Assembly (NCBI GenBank): GCA_965247635.1
Contig: CBDFHJ010000007.1
Coordinates: 132,630 to 196,629 of the forward strand
Source of the DNA: Dehalococcoidia bacterium
GTDB lineage: Bacteria > Chloroflexota > Dehalococcoidia > Lucifugimonadales > Australimonadaceae
Reading direction: 5' to 3'
Length of the DNA: 64,000 bases
Below the pieces are notes generated by a model. That model was given only the letters and a program-made list of their open reading frames with translations, had not been told where the DNA came from and did not search any database. This document shows positions 1-8,979 of the stretch, one piece after another; position 1 is the first letter of the stretch; the number at the start of each line of letters is the position of its first letter. A program made the translations under genes and the position numbers.

Positions 1-23
1 GGTCTGATTTGCCGAAGCCATAG

Positions 24-1067
24 CTAGTGAATCTCCCTTTGGACCTCTCTCCAAACCTGATCGATGATGACGTCGGTGGCCGTGTCCCACCCTCCCAGGT
101 ATGCAACCGTGAAGGGCAGCTCCACGGCCTGGTATTTATTGGCGTACCGCTCCGCGACTCCTTCGTTCCGCACCCGGAAATGGTTCCTGGCCAGCGCTTC
201 CTGGGCCTCCTCCGTCCAGAGGAAGTCCACGAAGGCCTTCATCAGCGCCTCGTCGTTCTCCTGGACGTTCTTGTCCACGATCACGACCTTGGGCTCGATG
301 TAAATGGTGCTTTCGGGAATGACGAGCTCGTACTCCTTCCCCTTGGCGATGTCGAGCAGAGCCTCGTTCTCGTAGGTGAGCAAGGCGTCGCCGTAACCCA
401 GCCCAAACTGGGTCAATGCCCTGCGGGCGGACTCCGGCAAGCTATCGGTGTTCAGGCTGACCGCCTTCAGTAGCGCTCTGGCGTCGGCTTCATCGGCGGG
501 CCCGGACGCGCTGCCGCTCCGTTGTAGGGCGGAGCCGTAGAGGGCGAGGATCGCCCACTGCGCCCCGCCGGAGGTCGTGGGGTCGGGGTACACGACCTCC
601 ACTCCCTCTTTGCCCAGCTCCTCGAAGGAGTGAAGACCCTTCGGGTTGCCCTGGCGGGTCACGATGCTCGCGATGGTGTAGGCGTAGGTGCCTTCGTTCT
701 TAAACTCACGCCAGTCGGTAGTTAGTAGGCCATCCTCCCGCAGGTTCAGGGCGTCCATCTCGGTTGCGACCATGGCCACTTGAGCGGGTGCCCCGAAGCG
801 GACCTGGTTGGTGATGGTGCCCGAGCCGGCGAACGAAGTAACGATCTGGACCTCCTCGCCGGTCTGCTCCTTCCAATGCTTTTGGAAGGCGGGGATCACC
901 TCTTCCTTCATCACGTCTTCCATGGCGCTGAAGGCGTACAGGACTATGGTCCGGTTCTTGCCCCCGTCCGCGCCGCAACCGCTCCAAGCGGCCGCCAACA
1001 GCACGACTCCCGCAAGGGCCAGCGCCTTCAGCGGTGTTGGTGTCACGGTATGCTCTCCCCTGCACAA
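24..1067 (-). CDS. sulfate/thiosulfate ABC transporter substrate-binding lipoprotein (Sbp/CysP-like)
   Basis: 347-aa ORF with a lipoprotein-type signal (LLAAAWSGC). The body resembles the sulfate-binding protein family (SFAGSGTITNQV, TTSGGAQWAILALYG). Confidence 0.75.
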   Translation of the reverse strand: MCRGEHTVTPTPLKALALAGVVLLAAAWSGCGADGGKNRTIVLYAFSAMEDVMKEEVIPAFQKHWKEQTGEEVQIVTSFAGSGTITNQVRFGAPAQVAMVATEMDALNLREDGLLTTDWREFKNEGTYAYTIASIVTRQGNPKGLHSFEELGKEGVEVVYPDPTTSGGAQWAILALYGSALQRSGSASGPADEADARALLKAVSLNTDSLPESARRALTQFGLGYGDALLTYENEALLDIAKGKEYELVIPESTIYIEPKVVIVDKNVQENDEALMKAFVDFLWTEEAQEALARNHFRVRNEGVAERYANKYQAVELPFTVAYLGGWDTATDVIIDQVWREVQREIH

Positions 1068-1209
1068 AGGCGTGTCGGAAGCTTCGTGAACTACTATTCA
1101 ACCCACACCCTCTGGGCTAAACGTCTGCCGTGGAAAGCGATTGCGAGGGCTGGGCGTATAATTCCGGCGAGACACGACCACGAAGCGCTGAGGCAGAGGA
1201 GAGAACAGC

Positions 1210-1608
1210 TTGGCTGATGTGATCGAGATACGGTTGCCGCTGAGGCCCGGATATCTCCAGGTCTTACGCGCCGCGGCGGGCGTGATCGCCGGGACGCTGT
1301 CTTTCACGTACGACGAGGTGATGCAGCTTCGGGCGGCGGTCTCGGAGGCTTTTAACGTGGCACTCGGTCAAGCAGAGGCAGCAGGAGAAGCGGGGGAGGA
1401 GCTGACCGTCCGTTTTCGAGTGGACTTGGCCGCCTTGGAGATACAACTCGAGGGACCAGAAGGGCTCGTCAGCAGCCTTCAGCGTCCTGAAAGGGAGGAG
1501 AGCAAGGTGCTGCTGGAGAGCTTGATGGACGAAGTGGATATAGACCATGATGCGGCCGGGAAGCAGGTGCTTCGCATGACCAAGCGCAAGTCTATCGAAG
1601 CAACCTAG
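1210..1608 (+). CDS. anti-sigma regulatory factor-like ATP-binding protein (RsbW/SpoIIAB-like)
   Basis: 132-aa ORF with a non-ATG start. The N-terminal pattern IEIRLPLRPGYLQVLRAAAGVIAG is typical of short HATPase-like anti-sigma kinases. No partner genes are visible. Confidence 0.4.
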   Translation: MADVIEIRLPLRPGYLQVLRAAAGVIAGTLSFTYDEVMQLRAAVSEAFNVALGQAEAAGEAGEELTVRFRVDLAALEIQLEGPEGLVSSLQRPEREESKVLLESLMDEVDIDHDAAGKQVLRMTKRKSIEAT

Positions 1609-1853
1609 CAGCCCTCGGTTTGCTCGAAATCAGCATCCCGGCTGTCTTGACACTCCGACGACTGTAGCTGGTAGAGTCCTACCGTCTTAATGGGCACCAT
1701 CCGTGCCCGTAGAACGCGACGGAGAGGAGCGCCGCCAGGCGCTCTCCCGCGCAAATGTTAAGACCGGGCTTAGCCCGATCTCGACGTAAGGACATCGGCT
1801 ATGGGTGACCTGTTAGCAACCAGCAAAAGTGGGACACATTGGGAGCCGAGAGA

Positions 1854-2841
1854 TCAGGGGCTGGATGGAGGTCTGGCGAGCTCCCTGAGGGCCCTGTTGT
1901 AGCGTCGTCGCCGTTCGGTGGTTTGAGCCTTCACCTCCTTCCTGCGTTGTAGGATCTCTTGCCGTCTTCCCTTGAGCACGTCTGATGGTGTCACGTTGCC
2001 CAGAGCCTTGTGATAGCGCCGGTAGTTGTAGTAGCTGACGAAGGCCGCGATAGCAGCCTCAAGGTCGGCGGGCAACTCATAAGGCACCTGGTTGACGTCC
2101 CGTTTGATGGTCTGGTGGTAGCGCTCCAGCTTCCCGTTGGTCTGAGGGTGGAAAGGAGTTGCTAGGATGTGCTTGATGCCAACCATCCCCAGGTAGTCCC
2201 TGAATGCTCTTGAGACATAGCCTGGACCGTTGTCACTCAGCAGCCTGGTGCGGTCTGTGACTGGAACTTGGTCCAATGCTGGTCGTGTCCACAGCATCCT
2301 GGACCACCTCGATGAAGGAGTCGGCCGTCATATCTTGCTGAAGCCTGTGAGCCAGGATGAAGCGGGAGTAGTCGTCCATAACGGTGACCAGGTAGTAGTA
2401 GCCCCACCCAACCACCCTGAAGTATGAGGCATCGGTGGCCCACATCTGGTGAGGTCCTGTGGTCTTGCGGTGGTACTCCTTCCCCGCGGCCAACCGCATC
2501 TCAGGCCTCTTCACTAGGCCCTCCCTGCCCAGGATACGGTAGACGCTGGACTCTGAGACTGAGAAGCCCTGGTTGTCGGTGATCCCCGCGGCCAGCTGAC
2601 GGCAGCTCAGCTCTGGCATCTCCCTGGCTGATAACAGGACTGAGCGTTCTTCCTGAATAGTAAGACGGTTCCATGGTGGCTGATCGCCTCCTGGTCGGTC
2701 CTCAAGTCCTTGTTGGTCTTGGCGTCTGAGCCACCGGTAGTAGGTGCTCTTAGGGATGCCCAGCTCTCTGAGGACCTTTCGCTTGGGGAGGGGAGACGAG
2801 GATACTTTGGTAACTACCTCTGCCTTCTCCGGGGCGCTCAT
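1854..2841 (-). pseudogene. IS3-family transposase OrfB (DDE/rve), disrupted by a 1-nt insertion
   Basis: The track splits it into 2233-2841 and 1854-2297. Copy 1 reads gtccaatgct at 2271-2280 where copy 2 reads gtccatgct, so there is an extra A at about 2275/2276. Confidence 0.85.
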
Positions 2842-3245
2842 CCGCTGGTACCGGTGGCGTCCTGGGGCATGGGGATGACCGTTTTTTTGAGACGGTACGC
2901 CTCCAGCGACAGATCGGCCACTAGCTCCTTGAGTTCCCCGTTCTCTCGCTTGAGTTGCCCTACCTCATGCTGAGTGGCGTCCCGAACCGAGTCACGGGTC
3001 AACCTCTCCTTGCCCGCCTCCATGAACTCTTTGGTCCACGAGTAGTAGGAGTGGGGCTTGATCCCCTCCCGCCGGCACAGGTCGTTGACTGTGACCTCGC
3101 GGCGGAAGCCCTCCAGAACAATTCGGATCTTCTCTTCGGGGGTGTACTTACGTCGGGCAGCCGCCTTCACTGTGCGGACGAAAGACCTGGTCTGCTCGCT
3201 TCGTTCCTCGGCGGCCTCTGCTTTGCTTACTTCTAGTTGGGACAC
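2838..3245 (-). CDS. IS3-family transposase OrfA (HTH)
   Basis: 135 aa, identical to the orfA of copies 2 and 3 except for 2 substitutions. It has a leucine-zipper-like C-terminus and ends in an ATGA overlap with orfB. Confidence 0.85.
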   Translation of the reverse strand: MSQLEVSKAEAAEERSEQTRSFVRTVKAAARRKYTPEEKIRIVLEGFRREVTVNDLCRREGIKPHSYYSWTKEFMEAGKERLTRDSVRDATQHEVGQLKRENGELKELVADLSLEAYRLKKTVIPMPQDATGTSG

Positions 3246-3404
3246 ATCTGCTCCTTTCTGTGGGTAGCTCTACCCTCATTTCAGGAGCTCACACCACCCT
3301 CCGACTCTCGGGTTTTCCTACCCTTATATGTGTCCCATTATCGCTGACGGTCTACAGTTCAGGTCCTGTAGCGTCGTTTCCATCGCAACTCTCTTTGGTC
3401 TAGG

Positions 3405-3650
3405 GTGGTGAGTCAGTCCCGACCTGTCCCGACCCCTCGGGACCTGTCGGGACATAATCCGTTCGTGGTGAGCCCTTCGGTTTCGCTCGGGACAGGCTCA
3501 GGAATACCTGTAGCGCCTGTCATTCCGAGTCCCGATCCAATCGGGACGAGGAATCTGGTACCAGACCCTTCACTTCGTTCAGGGTGACAGAAGGGGGCTC
3601 GTGGCAAGCCCTTCGGCTTCACTCGGGACAGGCTTGTCGCACCACGAGCT
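3405..3650. repeat. cluster of interspersed hairpin (REP/MITE-like) repeat units
   Basis: Contains units also seen at 6984, 11129, 39481, 42801, 46185 and 49378. Examples are gtcattccgagtcccgat..atcgggacgaggaatc...cagggtgaca and gttcgtggtgagcc. The ORFs 3405-3587 and 3413-3622 are artefacts of these repeats. Confidence 0.7.
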
Positions 3651-3673
3651 TCAGTTTTCAGCTCCCGTTCCCG

Positions 3674-4570
3674 CTACGGATGCTCGCCAACCGTGACCGT
3701 GACCTCCAGGGCATTGCCGCCTCGAACGATTCGCATGGGTAGCGCCGAGCCTACCGTTGCGCCGCTAAGCAACGTGAGGAGCTGACCGACGGACGGGACA
3801 AGCTGGCCGTCCACGGCTGTCAGAACATCCCCCAGCAGCAGGCCGGCGCCCTCGGCGGGGCTGTCCGGCGCCACGTGGACGAGCAGCAGCCCAGTGTCCT
3901 GCTTGAGCTGTTCCGCGAGGCCCGCTGGCAGGCGTACGGGCTGGGTGCCTACCCCCAGATACCCACGGCGTATCCGTCCGTGGGTCAGGAGGGCCTCGAC
4001 GGTTTGGCGGACGGTTGCCGACGGTAGCGTGATGGTGATGCCACGCCGCACCGAGGAGGTGTTGATCCCCAGAACGTGGCTGGACGCGTCGACGAGGGGT
4101 CCGCCCGAAAACCCCGGATACATCACGACGTCGGTCTGTAGGTACCGGTCCACGCGGCCGCCGGCGGGGGTGACCCAGTCACCACCCACGGAGCTGATGA
4201 TGCCCAACGCCGTCCGTACGCTCTGGCCGGGCCGGCCCAAGGCCAGCACCAAGTGCCCCACGCGCACGCCTTCGGTCTCGCCCCACGGAGGCGGCGTCAG
4301 GCCGCTGGCATCAGCCCGAAGCACCGAAAGGTCGGTGGCCGGGTCGCGTCCCGCCAGCCTTGCCGAAGCGGTCTGGCCGTCGGGCAGGCCAACGCGGATG
4401 TCGTCCTCCTGCTCTACCACGTGGTGCGCGGTCACGATCGTGCCGTCGGCTGACCAGACCACGCCGCTCGCGGGCCGCCGCCGTCTGGCTTCGACGCGGA
4501 CCACGCCGGTGCCGGCCTCGGATACTATCGGCGCCAGGTCGTCGGAGAGATTCGAAAGTACGCTCGCCAT
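3674..4570 (-). CDS. HtrA/DegP-family serine protease with C-terminal PDZ domain
   Basis: 298 aa. The triad context is TIVTAHHVV / DLSVLRAD / GFSGGPLVD. The C-terminal stretch GLLLVHVAPDSPAEGAGLLLGDVLTAVDG is PDZ-like. Confidence 0.8.
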   Translation of the reverse strand: MASVLSNLSDDLAPIVSEAGTGVVRVEARRRRPASGVVWSADGTIVTAHHVVEQEDDIRVGLPDGQTASARLAGRDPATDLSVLRADASGLTPPPWGETEGVRVGHLVLALGRPGQSVRTALGIISSVGGDWVTPAGGRVDRYLQTDVVMYPGFSGGPLVDASSHVLGINTSSVRRGITITLPSATVRQTVEALLTHGRIRRGYLGVGTQPVRLPAGLAEQLKQDTGLLLVHVAPDSPAEGAGLLLGDVLTAVDGQLVPSVGQLLTLLSGATVGSALPMRIVRGGNALEVTVTVGEHP

Positions 4571-4710
4571 AGCTTTTTACCTCACTTCCAGGGTTACGGT
4601 AGGTCGTTCACAAGGGCGTTGGAGTCCAACCCCTCAGGTCTACGTTACTGGTGGGTAGCAGGTTACGCACTGCCCATTTGGCTAGGGTCTGTCCTGGAAA
4701 AAGGGACGGC

Positions 4711-5355
4711 TTACAGAAGGACCAGCCCCTGACGGGTGGCGAGGACCACGGCCTCCGTCCGGCTCTGGGCTCCCAGCTTGCCCATGATGGCGTTCACGTG
4801 AAACTTGACGGTGTGCTCGGTCACGCCCAGGCGGTCGGCCATGGACTTATTGGGGAGGCCCTCCGCCAGCAGGCGCAGCACGTCCATCTCCCGGGGGGTC
4901 AACGCGTGGGGTGGTGTGCCCGTCTCGCGATCCGCGGCGGGCGTCAAAACAACGGCGAGCTCTGGGGGCAGGACCACCAGCCCCTGCTCCACGGCCCTTA
5001 TCGCGGAGACGAGCTCGGAGGCCGTGGCGTCCCGAAGCAAAAGGCCGTGTGCTCCAGCGGCCCAGGCCAAGGGGGCCTGGGTCTCGTCGGGCACCAGGGC
5101 CAACACGGGCAACCCCATGTCCCGAACGTCCGCTACCCGCTCCAGCGCCAAGGCTGGGTTCCACCCGACGTCGTCTTGGTCGACGTCGGGGCGGTAGACC
5201 TCCATATCGGTCCGCAGGTCTCCGTCGCCCGGGACCTGCCCAACCACCGTGCATCCCGGCTGGCCGGCCAGCAACGCCGCCAGGCCGGCCCGCGCCAGCG
5301 GGTCGTCGGCCATCACCAGCACTCGCGAGTCGTCTGTGATTGATGGCGTGCGCAT
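4711..5355 (-). CDS. LuxR/NarL-family response regulator (atypical receiver)
   Basis: 214 aa with an N-terminal receiver-like domain (VLVMADDPL) and a C-terminal LuxR HTH (LTPREMDVLRLLAEGLPNKSMADRLGVTEHTVKFHV). Confidence 0.75.
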   Translation of the reverse strand: MRTPSITDDSRVLVMADDPLARAGLAALLAGQPGCTVVGQVPGDGDLRTDMEVYRPDVDQDDVGWNPALALERVADVRDMGLPVLALVPDETQAPLAWAAGAHGLLLRDATASELVSAIRAVEQGLVVLPPELAVVLTPAADRETGTPPHALTPREMDVLRLLAEGLPNKSMADRLGVTEHTVKFHVNAIMGKLGAQSRTEAVVLATRQGLVLL

Positions 5356-5484
5356 GAGGTTTGAGGGTCGCTCCTGGTGTAACCACTATAGCAAAGGGCC
5401 ATCCATCGTCAGAACGACCATCGGTTCTCCGCTGCTTACGCCGCTTTCTGGCCCTGCGTACGCCGGTGCATTAAACTCAGACGC

Positions 5485-6081
5485 ATGATCAAGGCCGTGC
5501 TCTTCGACCTGGACGGCGTGCTGGTCGACAGCTTCGAGGCGTGGTGGCGGCTGCTTGACGCCGCGGCCCGTCACTTCGGCTGCCCCCCGGTCAGCCGTGA
5601 CCAGTTCCGCGCGGCCTACGGCCAACCCACCGAGGACGACGTACGGACCTTTTTCCAGGGCCAAACTGTGGAGGAGCTGGAGTCCTTTTTCGCCGGACAC
5701 TTCAAGGAGTTCACTCCCTACGTTCGAGTGGAACCGGAAGCGTCGCGCGTCGTCGCCGCCTTACGCCAGCAGGGAATCGGGACCGCGGTCATCACCAACA
5801 CAGCGACGCCCATCGCCCGCTTCATTCTGGATGAGGCGGGTATTGAGCTGGATGCGCTCGTAGGCAGTACCGACGTCCCGCGGGCCAAGCCGGCCCCCGA
5901 TATGGTGCAGCGGGCGTGCGAGTTGTTGAACGTGCTCCCGACGGAAGCCCTGATCGTGGGGGATTCGCGGTACGACCACCAAGCCGCCGAGGCGGCGGGT
6001 ACGAGGTTCGCCAGCCTTGGCGTGCCTGGGGGCCAGGAGCTAACGCGACTCACCGACGTGTTGGACGTGGTCAAGCAGTAG
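5485..6081 (+). CDS. HAD-superfamily hydrolase (phosphoglycolate phosphatase-like)
   Basis: 198 aa. Motif I is MIKAVLFDLDGVLVDS, motif II is AVITNT, and motif IV is IVGDSRYD. Confidence 0.8.
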   Translation: MIKAVLFDLDGVLVDSFEAWWRLLDAAARHFGCPPVSRDQFRAAYGQPTEDDVRTFFQGQTVEELESFFAGHFKEFTPYVRVEPEASRVVAALRQQGIGTAVITNTATPIARFILDEAGIELDALVGSTDVPRAKPAPDMVQRACELLNVLPTEALIVGDSRYDHQAAEAAGTRFASLGVPGGQELTRLTDVLDVVKQ

Positions 6082-6092
6082 CGCAGGCGCGG

Positions 6093-6545
6093 CTACCCCG
6101 CCAGGTGCGTCTCCAGGGCGGCAAAGCAACCGTTCCAGCCATCGTTGTGCTGGTCGCGCTCGGCGTCGTCGGCAAACTGCTCGTGGGTCACCACCACCTC
6201 CGTCTGGCCATCGAGGGGGTTGAACTCAACCGTGACCAGCGTCTCGTGGCCCGGCGACCCGTCCTCCTCCCGCGCCCAGGTATAGACAAGCCGGTTCGGA
6301 CGGTCTATCTCCACGTAGGTCCCGGCGACCCACAGCGTAGGGCCCTGCGGCATCTGCATGGCTATCCGGTACCTGCCACCGACCCGTAGGTCCACCTCCG
6401 CTTCGGGCGTGGTCAGGCCAGGCGGCGCGAACCAGTGTTTCAGCTCCTCCGGGATCGTCCATGCCTGGAACACACGCTCCGGCAAGGCGGCAAAGACGCG
6501 CCGGAGTGTAAGCGATAGGGCCTGGCCAGGTTGGGTGCTCGTCAT
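6093..6545 (-). CDS. SRPBCC/AHSA1-family (START-like) protein
   Basis: 150 aa. The pattern RVFAALPERVFQAWTIPEELKHWF...GGRYRI is typical of Aha1-like SRPBCC proteins, which are commonly paired with ArsR regulators. Confidence 0.65.
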   Translation of the reverse strand: MTSTQPGQALSLTLRRVFAALPERVFQAWTIPEELKHWFAPPGLTTPEAEVDLRVGGRYRIAMQMPQGPTLWVAGTYVEIDRPNRLVYTWAREEDGSPGHETLVTVEFNPLDGQTEVVVTHEQFADDAERDQHNDGWNGCFAALETHLAG

Positions 6546-6560
6546 GACGGACCTCCTCGT

Positions 6561-6950
6561 CTACGGTGAAGTTTCTTGGGGCGGGTCGGGAGCGCCAGGT
6601 TGAGCGGTACCAGGCGCGTTCAGGTAGCCGGACAGCGCGTCGAGCTGCCGCTCCCAAAACTCCCGGTACCGCTCCATCCAGCTAGCCGCACTCTCCATGG
6701 GTGCGGCCATCAGCTGACAGTGGTGGACTCGGCCATCGATCTCCCGCGCCAGCAGGCCGGCGCGCTCTAGCACCTTCAGGTGTTTGGAGACCGCCGGGAG
6801 CGATATCTCGAACGGCTCCGCCAGCTCCATGACCGTGGAGGGGCCGAGCGCCAGGCGGGCCAGGATGGCGCGGCGCGTCGAGTCCGAAAGCGCGGAGAAG
6901 ACCCTGTCCAGGCCGAGGTGTAAGTTAACCATATGGTTAACTATTACCAC
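6561..6950 (-). CDS. ArsR/SmtB-family transcriptional regulator
   Basis: 129 aa with a wHTH (VFSALSDSTRRAILARLALGPSTVMELAEPFEISLPAVSKHLKVLERAGLL). It lies 15 nt upstream of the SRPBCC gene. Confidence 0.8.
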   Translation of the reverse strand: MVIVNHMVNLHLGLDRVFSALSDSTRRAILARLALGPSTVMELAEPFEISLPAVSKHLKVLERAGLLAREIDGRVHHCQLMAAPMESAASWMERYREFWERQLDALSGYLNAPGTAQPGAPDPPQETSP

Positions 6951-6983
6951 GACTCTTATTTCCTGTCAAGGGACGCCGGGACA

Positions 6984-7025
6984 TGTCACCCTTCGTCCCG
7001 ATTGCATCGGGACTCAGAATGACAG
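6984..7025. repeat. REP-like hairpin unit (family A)
   Basis: tgtcacccttcgtcccgattgcatcgggactcagaatgaca is the reverse-complement version of the units at 3519, 46185 and 49378. Confidence 0.65.
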
Positions 7026-7225
7026 GGCAGTGAGCCGGGAACGGCGGTGTATTTCGGGGGCCGCGGCGCTTCCCCTCTTGCCAACTAGGCCTGAGACCAT
7101 TATCATGCGCCCGCCGGATGTCTCCCGTCTCGCTGTCCTGAATCGGGTAGCACACATGGGGTACACTTTGGCGCGATACTTTAGCTGCCTGATCAGAGTG
7201 CAGGAGCATATGGAGGCTTCAGACC

Positions 7226-7498
7226 GTGATGGAAGAGACCAACACTAGGTTGTTCGTAGGTAACCTCCCGTTTCGAGCGTCGCGAGAAGAGCTCGAGGAG
7301 CTGTTCGCTCAGGCGGGGACCGTAGTCTCCGTCCATATCCCCACCGACCGTGAGACCGGACGGCCCCGTGGATTTGGCTTCGTTGAGATGGGTGAGCTCT
7401 CAGAGCTGGAGCGGGCCGTCGAGCTGTTCAATGGCTACTCGATGGATGGTCGGGCGCTGGTAGTCAACCAGGCCAGGCCCCGCCAAGAGCGCCGCTAA
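7226..7498 (+). CDS. RRM-type RNA-binding protein
   Basis: 90 aa with RNP-2 (LFVGNLPF) and RNP-1 (RGFGFVEM) motifs. Confidence 0.85.
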   Translation: MMEETNTRLFVGNLPFRASREELEELFAQAGTVVSVHIPTDRETGRPRGFGFVEMGELSELERAVELFNGYSMDGRALVVNQARPRQERR

Positions 7499-7719
7499 CA
7501 CCCCCTCACGCCAAGGACCTCGTTCCAGCCACTTACAACGCTGGCCAGGATAGCTCTGGCCGGTGGCTGTTGCATTGGAAGGCGCTTGTCGGCCGCAAAA
7601 CACGCCGTGGCTAGCGAACACTCGAAGGCGGGAGTCTGGCACGTGGCAGGGTGGGTCGGGTAGCCGCTCAGGTGAGGGAGTCGGGGATACGGCGCAGGGA
7701 CGGCTGGGCCGCCGACAGG

Positions 7720-8145
7720 CTAGTCGCGGTTAACCCAGCGCCAGAGCCGTTCCAGGGGGTTCCTGCGTCCGGAAGGTGGACCATCCTCTATGCTGCGCCC
7801 GCGCCACCGACGCTCGATGGACCGGCGGGGCCTGGTGAAGAAGATGACGTACGCGGCGATAAACAGGCCAACGCCCGTCCAGGTAAGCGGGCCAGCGATG
7901 CCAGGAATCGCGCTGCGTAGCACCATGGCGGCAAGCAGCAAGACGATTCCGGTAAGCAGTAACCGGCCCGGAGAGATCCCGATTGGGATCAAAGAGAGGA
8001 GTCCTCTGCGGCCCCCTCTCGAGCGTCGCGGTGGGGATGCTTGGTCGGCCGGGCTGCGAACCGGGCGGCCGCCCTTCTCCGCTGGCGCTTCAGCGTTTAC
8101 TTGGTCGAGGATCTCTTCGATTTCCCGCTGATACCGCTGTGACAC
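7720..8145 (-). CDS. hypothetical membrane protein
   Basis: 141 aa with two predicted TM helices (LLLTGIVLLLAAMVL; GVGLFIAAYVIFF). No family was recognised. Confidence 0.4.
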   Translation of the reverse strand: MSQRYQREIEEILDQVNAEAPAEKGGRPVRSPADQASPPRRSRGGRRGLLSLIPIGISPGRLLLTGIVLLLAAMVLRSAIPGIAGPLTWTGVGLFIAAYVIFFTRPRRSIERRWRGRSIEDGPPSGRRNPLERLWRWVNRD

Positions 8146-8547
8146 GACGGCCCTCTGCGAACTACCCTCTTCCTACCTTGCCGGCCATCACTGGGTCTCA
8201 GAGCCGAGATCTGTGCGCCTGCCCAAAGCGCGGACACCGTCCTTGTTATCGTACCACCACAATGGGCTTTACAACAGGAGCTTTGCCCGTATTATCCCTT
8301 TTTGCTAGTTATCGTCGGCGCTGCCCATGCGTTGCCTAGCCGTGCGCTGGGTGAGCTCTGCCGGCGACGCCACCGATACCAGAAAAGCATATAACGAAAC
8401 GAACGCCGCTGCCAAGAGGGTTTTAGGCCCAAGTGCCTTCGTGCCACGGGTGCGGCGCCGCTTGCCGGCCGCGTGTATGGTGACCGGCGCTTATCGCGTT
8501 CCCAGGACGCCTTTTTCGCTCGTGGTCCGATGGGCCGCCAGGGTGGC

Positions 8548-8841
8548 TTAGCCGACTACCCCAGCCCGGCGGAGCAGGTCCGGAAACTCGCTGAAGTCGG
8601 CCACCGGAGAGATGTCCGGATAGTCCTTCATGACGACCCAGGTAGCGTGGAGCGCCTCGAAGAAGGCGTCCTCGTTGGGCACGTCCAATATGATGGTTAT
8701 CATGCGGCGGTCCAGCGAGAAGTACATTCCGAGGGGGTTGAGGGCCTGCCACTTGCCCATCAATTCTTGGATCTGGTCCGGGTGTTGCTCTACCTCAATC
8801 CCCGTCTCCGGGTCTACGTTGGCCTGAATCAGGTACTTCAT
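8548..8841 (-). CDS. small hypothetical protein
   Basis: The start was moved to Met26 (ATG at 8841), which is preceded by GGAGGAGG. The product is 97 aa (MKYLIQANVDPETG...). No family was recognised. Confidence 0.45.
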   Translation of the reverse strand: MKYLIQANVDPETGIEVEQHPDQIQELMGKWQALNPLGMYFSLDRRMITIILDVPNEDAFFEALHATWVVMKDYPDISPVADFSEFPDLLRRAGVVG

Positions 8842-8979
8842 GGGTCCCTCCTCCGATCGCCGATGGTAATGCGCCTGGGACGGCGGCATGGTACGACAGG
8901 TCGGGGGGCTCGGCAAACAGGAGTTACGAGAATGCGGGAGGTGGCCGAAAGGTTAGTTAGTTGGGACGCGACCTAGGCC

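Larger units (their letters stand above)
1811..3356 (-). mobile_element. IS3-family insertion sequence, copy 1 (1546 bp, orfB frameshifted)
   Basis: Near-identical to 14951-16495 and 32430-33974. Ends are TGTAGACCGTCAGCG... and ...GCTGGTTGCTAACA (imperfect IRs, TG/CA termini). orfA and orfB overlap, with a T7/A7 slippery run at 2882-2888. Confidence 0.9.

Noticed and set aside
3405-3650. Clustered short repeats that could be mistaken for a CRISPR array.
   Set aside because: There is no constant repeat length and no regular repeat-spacer periodicity. The units are palindromic, of several different families, and occur singly elsewhere. No cas genes are in the window.
3894-5386. Long ORFs overlapping or antisense to the HtrA and LuxR genes (3894-4658, 4651-5343, 4847-5386, 4911-5339).
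   Set aside because: These are Arg/Pro/Gly-rich translations with no recognisable motifs. They are shadow ORFs, typical of high-GC DNA, lying opposite well-supported genes.
8146-8547. A 400-bp gap without ORFs, considered as a possible ncRNA locus (SRP RNA, 6S, riboswitch).
   Set aside because: I could not recognise any conserved ncRNA core motif or a convincing extended secondary structure by eye. An Rfam scan would be needed.
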